A stretch of 58,340 bases of DNA, from IMG/VR virus record IMGVR_UViG_3300035670_000243, positions 1 to 58,340 of that record; one strand, written 5' to 3'. Below the pieces are notes generated by a model, which searched no databases, had not been told where the DNA came from, and saw only the letters and a list, made by a program, of their open reading frames with translations. This DNA is from a virus (lineage: Duplodnaviria; Caudoviricetes). How positions within the stretch are numbered: position 1 is the stretch's first letter; each line of letters begins with the position of its first letter. Of the stretch, positions 1-8,754 are shown piece by piece. A program made the translations under genes and the position numbers.

Positions 1-236
1 TCGACAACGCTGCATCGACTGGGGTGCAGTTCGTGGGCAATTTGCGGTTGTACCGCGACGACGGGACTTCTCCAGTTGTGGCCTCTACCACGGGCGGCGG
101 CTCCATCACGCTTTACGCTGATAAGGTTTATGTTATAACTACGGGAGGTTCTGCGCTGACCCCAACCGAGTCGGCGAAGTTGATGAGCCTGCCCAGTAAT
201 GCTTTGACTACGCCGAACTTCTTGGCCCTTAAATAA
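1..236 (+). CDS. C-terminal fragment of a large virion/tail protein (5'-truncated; probably the same gene as 57014-58340)
   Basis: Frame is open from position 3 to the TAA at 236; Thr/Gly/Ser-rich like the 57014 ORF and in frame with it if the window ends are joined. Confidence 0.6.
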   Translation, partial: DNAASTGVQFVGNLRLYRDDGTSPVVASTTGGGSITLYADKVYVITTGGSALTPTESAKLMSLPSNALTTPNFLALK

Positions 237-244
237 GGTGTGAC

Positions 245-919
245 ATGGCTAACGTAAAGATCACCGACCTTTCAGCCGCAACCGCCCTTGGTGGCACTGA
301 GTTGTTTGAGTGCGTGCAGTCCTCGACTTCGGTGAAGGCGTCGGCTACGCAGATCCAGACGTTTGTGGGACAGTCACTCGCTGTTAGCAACGCAACAGGA
401 TCGTTTGATTCGATTACGGTTACGGCGGGTTCGATTCCGTACACGGCTGTTACTGGCAAGGTGTACGGATTCTTCTCGTCAAATCGTGATCAGCAGTACA
501 GCGCCAACGTCAACTCAGTTTTGAGTTTGGATGCTTCGGCTGACTTTAACGCTGGCGTGACGTTAGTTAGCAGCACCAACATTACCTTTGCAACAGCGGG
601 TATCTACGAGATCAACGCAGCGATTCAGTTTTCTAACACTGATAGTGCTGATCACGACGTAACCGTTTGGTTTCGCAAAGACGGTAATGACATCGTAGGT
701 TCTGCTTCAAAAGTCACTGTTGCTAAAGCAGCAGATGGCGGTGCTGCATTGTTGTCTATCTCTGGCATCGAAAGCTTCTCGATTAGCAGCTACATTCAGT
801 GCGTGGCTAATTTTGAAAGCTCGCTGGTGATTGCCAACTATGAAGCTGCCGTGGTTGGACCGCCTGCAATTCCGTCTATTCCGTCTGTTCGCATCTCTGC
901 CAAGAGGGTGGGTCTGTGA
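245..919 (+). CDS. Putative tail fibre/virion structural protein
   Basis: N-terminus MANVKITDLSAAT is typical of phage fibre-attachment segments; beta-rich C-terminal domain; RBS AAGGTG upstream. Confidence 0.6.
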   Translation: MANVKITDLSAATALGGTELFECVQSSTSVKASATQIQTFVGQSLAVSNATGSFDSITVTAGSIPYTAVTGKVYGFFSSNRDQQYSANVNSVLSLDASADFNAGVTLVSSTNITFATAGIYEINAAIQFSNTDSADHDVTVWFRKDGNDIVGSASKVTVAKAADGGAALLSISGIESFSISSYIQCVANFESSLVIANYEAAVVGPPAIPSIPSVRISAKRVGL

Positions 920-1443
920 AGATTGCAGTTGAGAAAACATGCAGTCATTGCAAAAAAGAACAGCCAATTTCTTGCTTTTATACTAGCGGGAAAAAAACCG
1001 ATGGCAGTGTTCAATACGCAAGTTGGTGCAAAAGCTGTATAAAGGAAAAGCAAGCGTCTTATCACAAAAAGACATGGGGTAAAGAAAAGCTCCATTATGT
1101 TGCTTTTAAACGAACAAAAACTGCTAGAAGTTATTTGGCGTACTTGCGCTCAAAAGCCAATCAGCGCAGATTAAATGAAGAAGTAATTTCTCTTGATGCT
1201 CTTGAAGTTATTTGGAACATTCAAGGTGGAAATTGCGCAATTACTGGATGGCCAATGACGATGGAACTGGCCAATGGTGTTGTTCAAACAAACTGCAGTA
1301 TTGACAGAATTGATTCTTCAAAAGGCTATGTGGTTGGCAATGTTCAACTTGTTTGCCGAGCTGTTAATGTTGCAAAAAGCGCTCTTTCAATGAGTGATTT
1401 TTTAAACTTATGTAAAGCGGTTGTAAGTAAAAATGGCTTATAA
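916..1443 (+). CDS. Free-standing HNH (His-Me finger) homing endonuclease
   Basis: N-terminal CxxC pairs and SIDRIDSSKGYVVGNVQLVCRAVN motif; visibly more AT-rich than flanks; overlaps both neighbours. Confidence 0.8.
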   Translation: MKIAVEKTCSHCKKEQPISCFYTSGKKTDGSVQYASWCKSCIKEKQASYHKKTWGKEKLHYVAFKRTKTARSYLAYLRSKANQRRLNEEVISLDALEVIWNIQGGNCAITGWPMTMELANGVVQTNCSIDRIDSSKGYVVGNVQLVCRAVNVAKSALSMSDFLNLCKAVVSKNGL

Positions 1444-1696
1444 AACTCCAGCATGGCAAAGATCTGAAGGCAAGTCTAAATCTGGCGGCTTGAACGAGGC
1501 CGGGCGACGGAGTGCAAAGCGCGAGGGGATGAATCTGAAGCCGCCGGTTAGTGCCGGGCAGGCGAAGAAGTCTCCCAAGGCAGCGGCACGCCGGAAGTCG
1601 TTCTGTGCGCGGATGTCTGGGATGCCGGGTCCGATGAAGGACGAGAAGGGCCGGCCCACTCGCAAGGCGTTGTCTTTGAGAAAGTGGGATTGCTGA
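1433..1696 (+). CDS. Small basic phage protein (DUF6321-like)
   Basis: PAWQRSEGK..GGLN..RRKSFCARM..SLRKW pattern; Lys/Arg-rich. Confidence 0.7.
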   Translation: MAYKTPAWQRSEGKSKSGGLNEAGRRSAKREGMNLKPPVSAGQAKKSPKAAARRKSFCARMSGMPGPMKDEKGRPTRKALSLRKWDC

Positions 1697-1827
1697 TGAG
1701 TGGCGGGCTGGGATTTTGGGACAGGGTATCTATTAATTTGTTAGTCATTAAGGCAAACTTAAACTTGTTGATGATCCGGATCAAACTGTTTGCGGCTAAG
1801 CCGCGAGGGTATCTAAATGGGCGTTAA
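1696..1827 (+). CDS. Possible small 43-aa ORF
   Basis: ATG coupled to the upstream stop (TGATG); fills the gap to the next gene; no family recognised. Confidence 0.25.
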   Translation: MSGGLGFWDRVSINLLVIKANLNLLMIRIKLFAAKPRGYLNGR

Positions 1828-2938
1828 GTACGTAAAGGACTTTGATTTTTCACAGCTTGGAAATCCTAACGTCCAGCGGTACGCCAAGGGCGGCAAGGTT
1901 GAGAAGGTGATGGGCGAGTACAAGCGGGGTGAGCTGCACTCGGGCAGCAAAAAGGGCCCGGTTGTAAAGAGCCGCAAGCAGGCTGTTGCGATTGCGCTGT
2001 CTGAGGCGCGTAAGGCCGGCCAGAAGGTTGTGAAGAAGGCCGAGGGCGGGTACCAAGAGTCGCCGCCTGAGATGAAGTCTGAGAGCTTCAAGGAGGCTTT
2101 CCGCCGGGCGCGTAACGCGGGGCAGAAAGAATTCTCTTGGCGGGGTGAGCGATACACGACCAAACTGAAGGAAGAGGTGAAGCCTCGGGAAGAGGCAAAG
2201 GAGCGTGTCGCTGGCGAGCCCGGTTCAAAGGGTGGTCCGTCCAGCCGGCAGGGTCCGCGCCGCGTGGCTGAGGCGAAGAGCGAGAAGTCCGAGCGCCCGC
2301 GTTATTCTGGCGTGTACGGTGAGACTCGCGAGGCGCTTTCCAGCCTGTCTCCGGAGCAGAAGAAGGAGGCTCTGAAGACTGGCGTGGCGGGGGCGCTGTC
2401 AATGATTCCGGTTGCGCGTGCTGTGCGTGCTGCGCGAGGGGCTGCTTCGATGGGTCGCACTGGCGAAGTGGGGGTGCGCGGTATGACGCTGGCTCAGCGC
2501 GAGCGTGACGCTGCCGCAGCGGCGGAAGCCGCCAAGCGGGTGAAGCGCCTGAGGGATACGGCTCAGGCTCGCTCGCGACTTTCCAAGGGGGCTGCGTACG
2601 CCGAGGGCGGCGCTGTTAGCGCGTACGGCGACAAGAAGGGTCCGTATCGCGGTAGCCCCAAAAAGGCGCGGGAACTGGGCCGGCAGGACCGTCGCGAGCG
2701 TCTTGCTCGAGAAGCCATGGAGCGTGCTGAGAAGTACGCGCCTGGCCTCAGCCTTGACATGAAGGCGAAGGGCGGGATGGCCAAGCACGAAGATGTCAAG
2801 ATGGACAAGGCGGTGGTGCGCAAGGCTGTGCATAAGCACGAGAAGTCGATGCACCCCGGCAAGCCGCTGACCAAGCTTCGCAATGGCGGGGTTCCGTCGT
2901 ACGGTCGAAAGCCCATGTATGGCGGCGGAAAGTGCTAA
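1817..2938 (+). CDS. Basic modular internal virion protein containing a DUF6496-like segment
   Basis: KVEKVMGEYKRGELHSGS..SRKQAVAIALSEARK segment; several x-A-x-GG motifs; very K/R-rich. Confidence 0.65.
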   Translation: MGVKYVKDFDFSQLGNPNVQRYAKGGKVEKVMGEYKRGELHSGSKKGPVVKSRKQAVAIALSEARKAGQKVVKKAEGGYQESPPEMKSESFKEAFRRARNAGQKEFSWRGERYTTKLKEEVKPREEAKERVAGEPGSKGGPSSRQGPRRVAEAKSEKSERPRYSGVYGETREALSSLSPEQKKEALKTGVAGALSMIPVARAVRAARGAASMGRTGEVGVRGMTLAQRERDAAAAAEAAKRVKRLRDTAQARSRLSKGAAYAEGGAVSAYGDKKGPYRGSPKKARELGRQDRRERLAREAMERAEKYAPGLSLDMKAKGGMAKHEDVKMDKAVVRKAVHKHEKSMHPGKPLTKLRNGGVPSYGRKPMYGGGKC

Positions 2939-3003
2939 AATAGCCTCCGTCCAGTCATTGGGGTCTGCTTGATACGGCGGGCCACTGCGCAAGAGGGACC
3001 CTA

Positions 3004-3999
3004 ATGGCAACTTCCGGAACGGTATCGACAACTCAATTTACGACTAGGCAGGTCATTGACCATGCCTACAGGCGTTGTCGGCTGGGTGCGCAACAGATCA
3101 CCTCAGAGATGATTGATGTTGCGAACGATCAGCTTTACCTTGTTCTGAGTAACCTTGCCAACCGTGGCGTTCAGCTGTGGTGTATTGAGAAACTAATCAT
3201 GCCGTTGTACGAGGGGAACGGCGCTGTGACGCTGCCTCTTGGGACGGTTGACGTTTTGAATACCAACTTGCGCACGTTGGCTCAGGTCTCTGGCGTGGAG
3301 ACTTCGACGGCGACGGAGTTTCAGGTATACGTTGCTGGCGGCGCTACGGCGACGACTGTGGGTGTATTGTGGAGCGCCGCTGCTGTTCCGTTTGTGGTGG
3401 AGCAATCTGCGGACGGCGTAAGTTGGAGCGCGGTTGCGACTGAACAAGACACGACTGCTCCGACGCAGGGCGCTGGCGAGTGGTTGTGGGTAGACTTTGA
3501 CGCTACGACGACGAACGTGTATTTCCGCGTTCGCGCTACGAGCGGTACGCTTTCGGTCTCGGACGTATATTTTGGGAACACGCCTACAGAAATCCCTATA
3601 GCGCGATTGAATCGCGATGACTATACGGCGCTGCCCAACAAATACTTCCTTGGCCGACCTTTGCAGTTCTGGTTTGATCGACAGATCGACCAGCCGGTGA
3701 TGCGTCTGTGGCCGGTTCCTAATTTGGCTGCGACGACGCAGCAGATTGTTTTGTGGCGGCACCGGTACATCCAAGACGTTGGGTCGATGACCCAAGAACT
3801 GGACATTCCGCAGCGTTGGTTTGACGCGATTGTTGCGCTTCTGGCTGCGAAGCTGGCGGAGGAAACTCCGGAAGTTGATTCGCAGTTGATGCCGATTCTG
3901 GATACGAAGGCTGCGAAGGCTTTGGCGGAAGCGGAGAGCGAAGAGCGCGATAATTCGCCGATTTACTGGGCCCCGTCCATTAATTGTTACACGAGGTAA
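3004..3999 (+). CDS. Head-tail adaptor/neck protein
   Basis: MATSGT..IDHAYRRC..LSNLANRGVQLW N-terminus and LPNK..GRP.QFWFDR..DIPQRW C-terminus resemble podovirus-type connectors; position in structural operon. Confidence 0.65.
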   Translation: MATSGTVSTTQFTTRQVIDHAYRRCRLGAQQITSEMIDVANDQLYLVLSNLANRGVQLWCIEKLIMPLYEGNGAVTLPLGTVDVLNTNLRTLAQVSGVETSTATEFQVYVAGGATATTVGVLWSAAAVPFVVEQSADGVSWSAVATEQDTTAPTQGAGEWLWVDFDATTTNVYFRVRATSGTLSVSDVYFGNTPTEIPIARLNRDDYTALPNKYFLGRPLQFWFDRQIDQPVMRLWPVPNLAATTQQIVLWRHRYIQDVGSMTQELDIPQRWFDAIVALLAAKLAEETPEVDSQLMPILDTKAAKALAEAESEERDNSPIYWAPSINCYTR

Positions 4000-4001
4000 G
4001 T

Positions 4002-4226
4002 ATGGGATTGTTTCTCGACACTCGTGGGCTGACGTATGCAGCTATTGGCTGTTGTGATCGTTGCAAAATTAAGTATCCTTTAGGGGCTCTTGGTCCAGAC
4101 CCAAATGCGCCTGGTTTGAGGGTTTGCATAGAGTGTACTGACCAACTGGACCCTTACCGTCTTCCTGCGCGTCAGACAGAGCGAATTACTTTGCCGTTTG
4201 TGCGCCCTGATGTGCCGTTGGAGTAA
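4002..4226 (+). CDS. Small Cys-rich (Zn-binding) virion-associated protein
   Basis: CDRC..VCxxC-D..P motif; ATG at 4002 after GAGG. Confidence 0.6.
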   Translation: MGLFLDTRGLTYAAIGCCDRCKIKYPLGALGPDPNAPGLRVCIECTDQLDPYRLPARQTERITLPFVRPDVPLE

Positions 4227-4232
4227 AAGACT

Positions 4233-6590
4233 ATGACGACTATTCTGATCAAAAAGAGTGACACTCCTGGTGCAGTCCCCACCACGGCAAATCTGACGAA
4301 TGCTGCGGGCGGAGCGGAGATGGCAGTTAACACTGCCGACAAGCGCCTGTTCTCGATAAACAGCAGCAGCGCGATCATTGAGGTCGGTACCAACCCGTCG
4401 AGCTTAACTTGCGCGGATGCTTCGCTGACGATTGCGCGGATTGGAAGTCTCACCATCAGCAACAACCTCACCCTCTCCGGCGGCACAGCCAACGGCGTGC
4501 TGTATCTGGACGGCAGCAAGGTGGCGACGAGTGGGAGTGCGTTGGTATTCAACGGCACAAACCTTGGTATTGGCACTAACAGCCCGTCAAAGAGGATTGA
4601 CGCAAGAACTAGCGCGGCAGGAGAGGCTGCGTTAATTACTATAAGCAATGACGATACAAGCGGAACAACCGTTTCATCTATTGAGTTCGCATCTTCTGGC
4701 GTTGCAAAAGCATCTATTGCTGCTGCCGTTTATGGCGATGGATGGATGTCGTTTAGGAATAATAACAACACGGAAAAAATGCGGTTAACTGCGGGTGGAG
4801 ACCTTGGCATCGGGACGAGTTCGCCGGGGTCGCTTTGGTCTGGCGCAAATAAACTGGTAATTGGAGGAGGCTCTGGCGCGTCTGGACTCACCATTTACAC
4901 AGGAACTACTGACGCAGGAACCTTAGCGTTTGGCGATGGAACAACGGGTTCTGACCCCTACAGTGGGTACGTCCAATACAACCATAGTTCCAATTCGTTT
5001 TTGTTTGGCACTTCTGGAACCACCAAAGCCACGCTCGACTCCTCCGGCAACCTCGGCTTGGGCGTCACGCCGAGTGCGTTTGGTGCAGCACAAAAAGCCG
5101 TGCAAGTTCTAAACGGTTCGCTGTATGCGGATGCCAGCAGTGCTGGTGTTCAGTACAACTCGTTCTTTAATGGAACAAATGAGCGTTATATCGCCAACGG
5201 GAACGCCACTTCTTACTACCAAGCAAGCGGCCAGCATATCTGGCGCACCGCCCCCTCCGGCACCGCAGGCAACACCATCTCGTTCACGCAGGCGATGACG
5301 CTGCAAGGCACTTCTAACGTAGATTTGGGTCTTGGAACAACCTCCCCAAAAAATAATGCTGGCTACGCTACCTTCACGCTTAACAACGCAACCAACGGCG
5401 GCGTGGTTCAGTTTTGCCAAGCCGATACAACTATTGGTCAGTTGTTTTTTGACGGTAACGGCGGCACGTTAAAAACGGTTAGTAATACTGCTTTTATTTT
5501 CGGCACCAACAACACCGAACGCGCCCGCATCACGAGCGGGGGGGATTTTGGTATTGGGGTGACTTCACCGGGGGCAAAACTAGAAGCTTCTTCAGTCAAC
5601 AGCGGTGGCACTTTAGGTAGTGGTGAACAAGTAATCATCACTCGCAACACCGGAACTAGTAGCGGCGCTAGGGGCGCTGCGTGGCGCATGTGTTATGGGA
5701 CTTCAACAAGTCCATCGGCCCAGATTGATTTAATCAACGGATCTTCTAACCAAGAAGGTTCAATGTCGTTTGCAACAACAAACAGCAGCGGCACATTTGC
5801 CGAACGCGCCCGCATCACGAGCGGGGGGGATTTTGAATTACAAAACGGTGACCTGTTTGTTTCGGCAGGTTCTGGCACTTCCTATGCAACCAGACTGTTA
5901 ACGGAATATGCGTTTCCATACGTTAATTCGTATTTTGATTCAGTAGCAGGAGCGTCGTATAGCGGGCAATTGATATTCCGCAATAGTTCAGGCGGCGGAA
6001 GTATGACCGAACGCGCCCGCATCACGAGCGGGGGGGATTTTTACATTGGCAATTCAACAGGCGATGCAAGGCTTTTGGTATCAAAGGCTTCAGATCAAAC
6101 AGAAGCCGCCCCGCACGTAAGAATTGAAGGAAACGGATATTCTGGCTATCACTGGCTTGATGCTACTGCTTATTACATAGGTCAAAATAGCGGATCAAGA
6201 AGTTTGCGTGTTTACTCAAGCGCAGAAACCGCTGGTGTTGAATTGGCTGCTGGCGGGACATCGTGGGGGACGTTCTCTGACGAAAGACTGAAATACGACA
6301 TTGAGCCTGTAACAAACGCAATTGAATCTTTAGCAAATATCCGAACGGTCAAGTACCGACTAAAAGACGTTGACTCTCCAAAATCTAAAAAGAAGATTGG
6401 TGTTATTGCCCAAGACCTTGTTGGAGTTATTGACGAAGTTATTGACAGTTCAAAGCGTCCAGATGACGAAACGGATTACTTGAATGTCCGGTATTCGGAA
6501 CTAATCCCTGTGTTGGTCAAGGCCATCCAAGAACAGCAAGCAATGATTAACGAACTGAAAGCCGAAGTATCGGCATTGAAAGGAGCCTAA
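4233..6590 (+). CDS. Tail fibre with C-terminal intramolecular chaperone (peptidase S74) domain
   Basis: Repeated GIGT.SP and ERARITSGG modules; C-terminal SDERLK..GVIAQD..Y.ELIPVLVKAIQE coiled coil. Confidence 0.9.
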   Translation: MTTILIKKSDTPGAVPTTANLTNAAGGAEMAVNTADKRLFSINSSSAIIEVGTNPSSLTCADASLTIARIGSLTISNNLTLSGGTANGVLYLDGSKVATSGSALVFNGTNLGIGTNSPSKRIDARTSAAGEAALITISNDDTSGTTVSSIEFASSGVAKASIAAAVYGDGWMSFRNNNNTEKMRLTAGGDLGIGTSSPGSLWSGANKLVIGGGSGASGLTIYTGTTDAGTLAFGDGTTGSDPYSGYVQYNHSSNSFLFGTSGTTKATLDSSGNLGLGVTPSAFGAAQKAVQVLNGSLYADASSAGVQYNSFFNGTNERYIANGNATSYYQASGQHIWRTAPSGTAGNTISFTQAMTLQGTSNVDLGLGTTSPKNNAGYATFTLNNATNGGVVQFCQADTTIGQLFFDGNGGTLKTVSNTAFIFGTNNTERARITSGGDFGIGVTSPGAKLEASSVNSGGTLGSGEQVIITRNTGTSSGARGAAWRMCYGTSTSPSAQIDLINGSSNQEGSMSFATTNSSGTFAERARITSGGDFELQNGDLFVSAGSGTSYATRLLTEYAFPYVNSYFDSVAGASYSGQLIFRNSSGGGSMTERARITSGGDFYIGNSTGDARLLVSKASDQTEAAPHVRIEGNGYSGYHWLDATAYYIGQNSGSRSLRVYSSAETAGVELAAGGTSWGTFSDERLKYDIEPVTNAIESLANIRTVKYRLKDVDSPKSKKKIGVIAQDLVGVIDEVIDSSKRPDDETDYLNVRYSELIPVLVKAIQEQQAMINELKAEVSALKGA
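5515..6041 (+). repeat. Three identical 35-bp direct repeats CCGAACGCGCCCGCATCACGAGCGGGGGGGATTTT (5515-5549, 5800-5834, 6007-6041)
   Basis: Read directly; each encodes ERARITSGGDF. Confidence 0.95.
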
Positions 6591-6593
6591 ATC

Positions 6594-6746
6594 GTGGAAG
6601 TCGAACTGAAAGTGTCTATCGAAGAGGCCGTCGCCATCGTGAACCTGTTGGGTAGCCTCCAGACTAGTCAAGGCGCAGGGCCGCTGTGGCAGAAACTGAA
6701 GGCGCAAGTGGAGCCGCATCTACCGAAGCCCGAGAAAGACAAGTGA
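6594..6746 (+). CDS. Small fibre-associated helical protein (50 aa, GTG start)
   Basis: VEVELKVSIEEAVAIVNLLGSL..LWQKLKAQ; RBS AAGGAG upstream; too short for the ORF track. Confidence 0.6.
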   Translation: MEVELKVSIEEAVAIVNLLGSLQTSQGAGPLWQKLKAQVEPHLPKPEKDK

Positions 6747-7006
6747 ACACCGGCTGGCTGATCGTGTTTGTGCTGCTGAACGCAGCCGACATCTACACCA
6801 CGCACACAGTGCTGAAGCAAGGCGGGCGGGAACTGAACCCGGTACTCGCCAAGTTGTTTGAGCAGTTTGACCCTATCGTTGTGATGGTAACTTTAAAGTT
6901 ACTGGCGGTGTGGGCGTTGTGGTATGTGGACGTTTACTGGATCACGGCGCTGGCCTGCTGCGTGTATCTGTACGTTGTCGTTAACAATTGGTACGAGATG
7001 AAGTAA
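6743..7006 (+). CDS. Small membrane protein (DUF5658-like)
   Basis: LNAADIYTT..GGRELNP motif with hydrophobic segments; GTG start overlaps the upstream stop. Confidence 0.6.
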   Translation: MNTGWLIVFVLLNAADIYTTHTVLKQGGRELNPVLAKLFEQFDPIVVMVTLKLLAVWALWYVDVYWITALACCVYLYVVVNNWYEMK

Positions 7007-7227
7007 TGGACATCCAAGTGCTGTTTAACATTGTCGTGGGAGTGGCTGCGTTCTTCGGCGGGTGGATGTTAAGCAGCATCAGCCGAGCTATTGAACGTCT
7101 GGATAACGATGTGCGTGATATGCCACACGTTTATGTAACCCAGGCTGCCTATCAGCGTGATATTACCGAGATTAAAGAGATGCTAGGCAAGATCTTCGAC
7201 CGGCTTGAGACAAAGGCCGACAAATGA
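7006..7227 (+). CDS. Small membrane protein of the lysis cassette (holin/antiholin-like)
   Basis: N-terminal TM helix followed by a coiled coil; TAATG coupling. Confidence 0.55.
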   Translation: MDIQVLFNIVVGVAAFFGGWMLSSISRAIERLDNDVRDMPHVYVTQAAYQRDITEIKEMLGKIFDRLETKADK

Positions 7228-7766
7228 TTCCTGCCGCGTTAGCCCCTATCCTCAAGCCCCTGCTGGCTAATGGCCTTGGCCTAGTGGCCAATGCTGTGCT
7301 GGCAAAGGGTAAGAAGGTTGTGGAAGACAAGTTGGGAGTAGAACTCAAGCCTGACATGTCTAGTGAAGATCTGGCGAAAGTGCAGATCGCGGCCATGGAG
7401 CATGAGGAAGAACTCATGCGGCTTCGTATCGAGGAGGACAAACTCGATCTTGCCGAGTTGGAGTTACGCCTCAAGGACGTTGACTCGGCTCGTGACCGCG
7501 AAACTGCCATTGCCACGAGCAAGGACGCTCCGCTGCTCAACAAGATCGTCACTCCTATCCTTGCGCTGGGCCTTCTAACAATGACCTTCACGCTGTTTGG
7601 CGTGGTCATGTTTGACAACAACCCGGTCGAGGCATCCCGCAAGGACATTCTCATCTACGTCCTTGGGGTACTGTCGGCCATCAGTACGCAAGTGGTGTCG
7701 TATTACTTTGGGTCTAGCCAAGGTTCCAAGGACAAGGGCGAGCAGCTTAAGGAGGCGATGAAATGA
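7224..7766 (+). CDS. Holin-like membrane protein
   Basis: Two C-terminal TM helices ending YYFGSS; directly upstream of the endolysin. Confidence 0.6.
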   Translation: MIPAALAPILKPLLANGLGLVANAVLAKGKKVVEDKLGVELKPDMSSEDLAKVQIAAMEHEEELMRLRIEEDKLDLAELELRLKDVDSARDRETAIATSKDAPLLNKIVTPILALGLLTMTFTLFGVVMFDNNPVEASRKDILIYVLGVLSAISTQVVSYYFGSSQGSKDKGEQLKEAMK

Positions 7767-8101
7767 GCCTCGTAGCCGAACAAGCCGCCTTCTTGCTGGA
7801 TGTCTGCAAGTTGATTCAATACGCCACGGAGCAAGGCTTTGTGGTGACGGGCGGTGAATTAGCCCGCACGGTCGAACAGCAGCAGATTTACGTCAAGTCG
7901 GGTCGCAGCAAGACGATGAACAGCATCCATTTGAAGCGATGCGCCATCGACCTTAATTTCTTCAAAGACGGCAAGTTGACCTACGATATTAAGGAACTGA
8001 CCCCGGTTGGTAAATATTGGGAGTCATTGCACCCCAAAAACCAATGGGGCGGGTTCTGGAAGTCGTTTAAGGACGTACCGCACTTTCAACGCACGGTGTA
8101 A
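7763..8101 (+). CDS. Endolysin, peptidase M15 family
   Basis: R..EQQ..SKTMNSIH..AID and WGG.W..D.PHF zinc-peptidase motifs. Confidence 0.85.
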   Translation: MSLVAEQAAFLLDVCKLIQYATEQGFVVTGGELARTVEQQQIYVKSGRSKTMNSIHLKRCAIDLNFFKDGKLTYDIKELTPVGKYWESLHPKNQWGGFWKSFKDVPHFQRTV

Positions 8102-8103
8102 CC

Positions 8104-8751
8104 ATGCCAGCATCAATGACTTTCACAAGCTTGCAGGCGGACATCCGCAACTACCTCGAGCGTGGTGGCGCGACGGACCCAATTGTCTACGAGCAGATCC
8201 CCCGGCTGATCACGCTTGCTGAGCGGCGGATTTCCCGTGAACTGAAGATCCAGGGATTCCAGACCGTCGTTAATACGACGATGCAATCTGGGGTGGCGGT
8301 CTACGCAAAGCCGGATCGCTGGCGCGATACGATCAGCATTAACATCGGCACTGGCAGCGGGAACAATGTTCATACCCCGGTCTTTGTAAGATCGTATGAA
8401 TACATCCGACAGTACTGGCCCAATGAAACACAGACTGATCAGCCTAAGTTTTATGCGGACTACGACTACAAGCACTGGATATTTGCTCCGACTCCGGGTG
8501 CAGACTATCCGATGGAAGTCATTTATTATCAGCTTCCGCCGTTGCTTGATGACACGAATCAAACCAACTGGCTGTCTGAATACGCGCCAAATCTGTTGCT
8601 GTATGGGTCGCTGGTTGAAGCAACTCCGTTCATCAAGGACGACGAGCGCGTACAGCTTTGGCAGTCTTACTACGACCGCGCTCTTGCTGCACTGAACGGC
8701 GAGGACTTGCAGAAGATTGTTGACCGGTCTACTAATCGCCGGGAGGCATAA
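8104..8751 (+). CDS. Phage adaptor/tail tubular protein
   Basis: IPRLITLAERRI..APTP..TNWLS..P.LLLYGSL.EA pattern. Confidence 0.7.
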   Translation: MPASMTFTSLQADIRNYLERGGATDPIVYEQIPRLITLAERRISRELKIQGFQTVVNTTMQSGVAVYAKPDRWRDTISINIGTGSGNNVHTPVFVRSYEYIRQYWPNETQTDQPKFYADYDYKHWIFAPTPGADYPMEVIYYQLPPLLDDTNQTNWLSEYAPNLLLYGSLVEATPFIKDDERVQLWQSYYDRALAALNGEDLQKIVDRSTNRREA

Positions 8752-8754
8752 GGC

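Noticed and set aside
5515-6041. 35-bp repeats as a CRISPR array
   Set aside because: Spacers are 250 and 172 bp, the repeats are in-frame coding sequence, and there is no cas operon
4233-6590. Diversity-generating retroelement or invertase shufflon acting on the fibre
   Set aside because: No reverse transcriptase or site-specific recombinase recognised; repeats are direct, not inverted; no adenine-specific TR/VR pair seen
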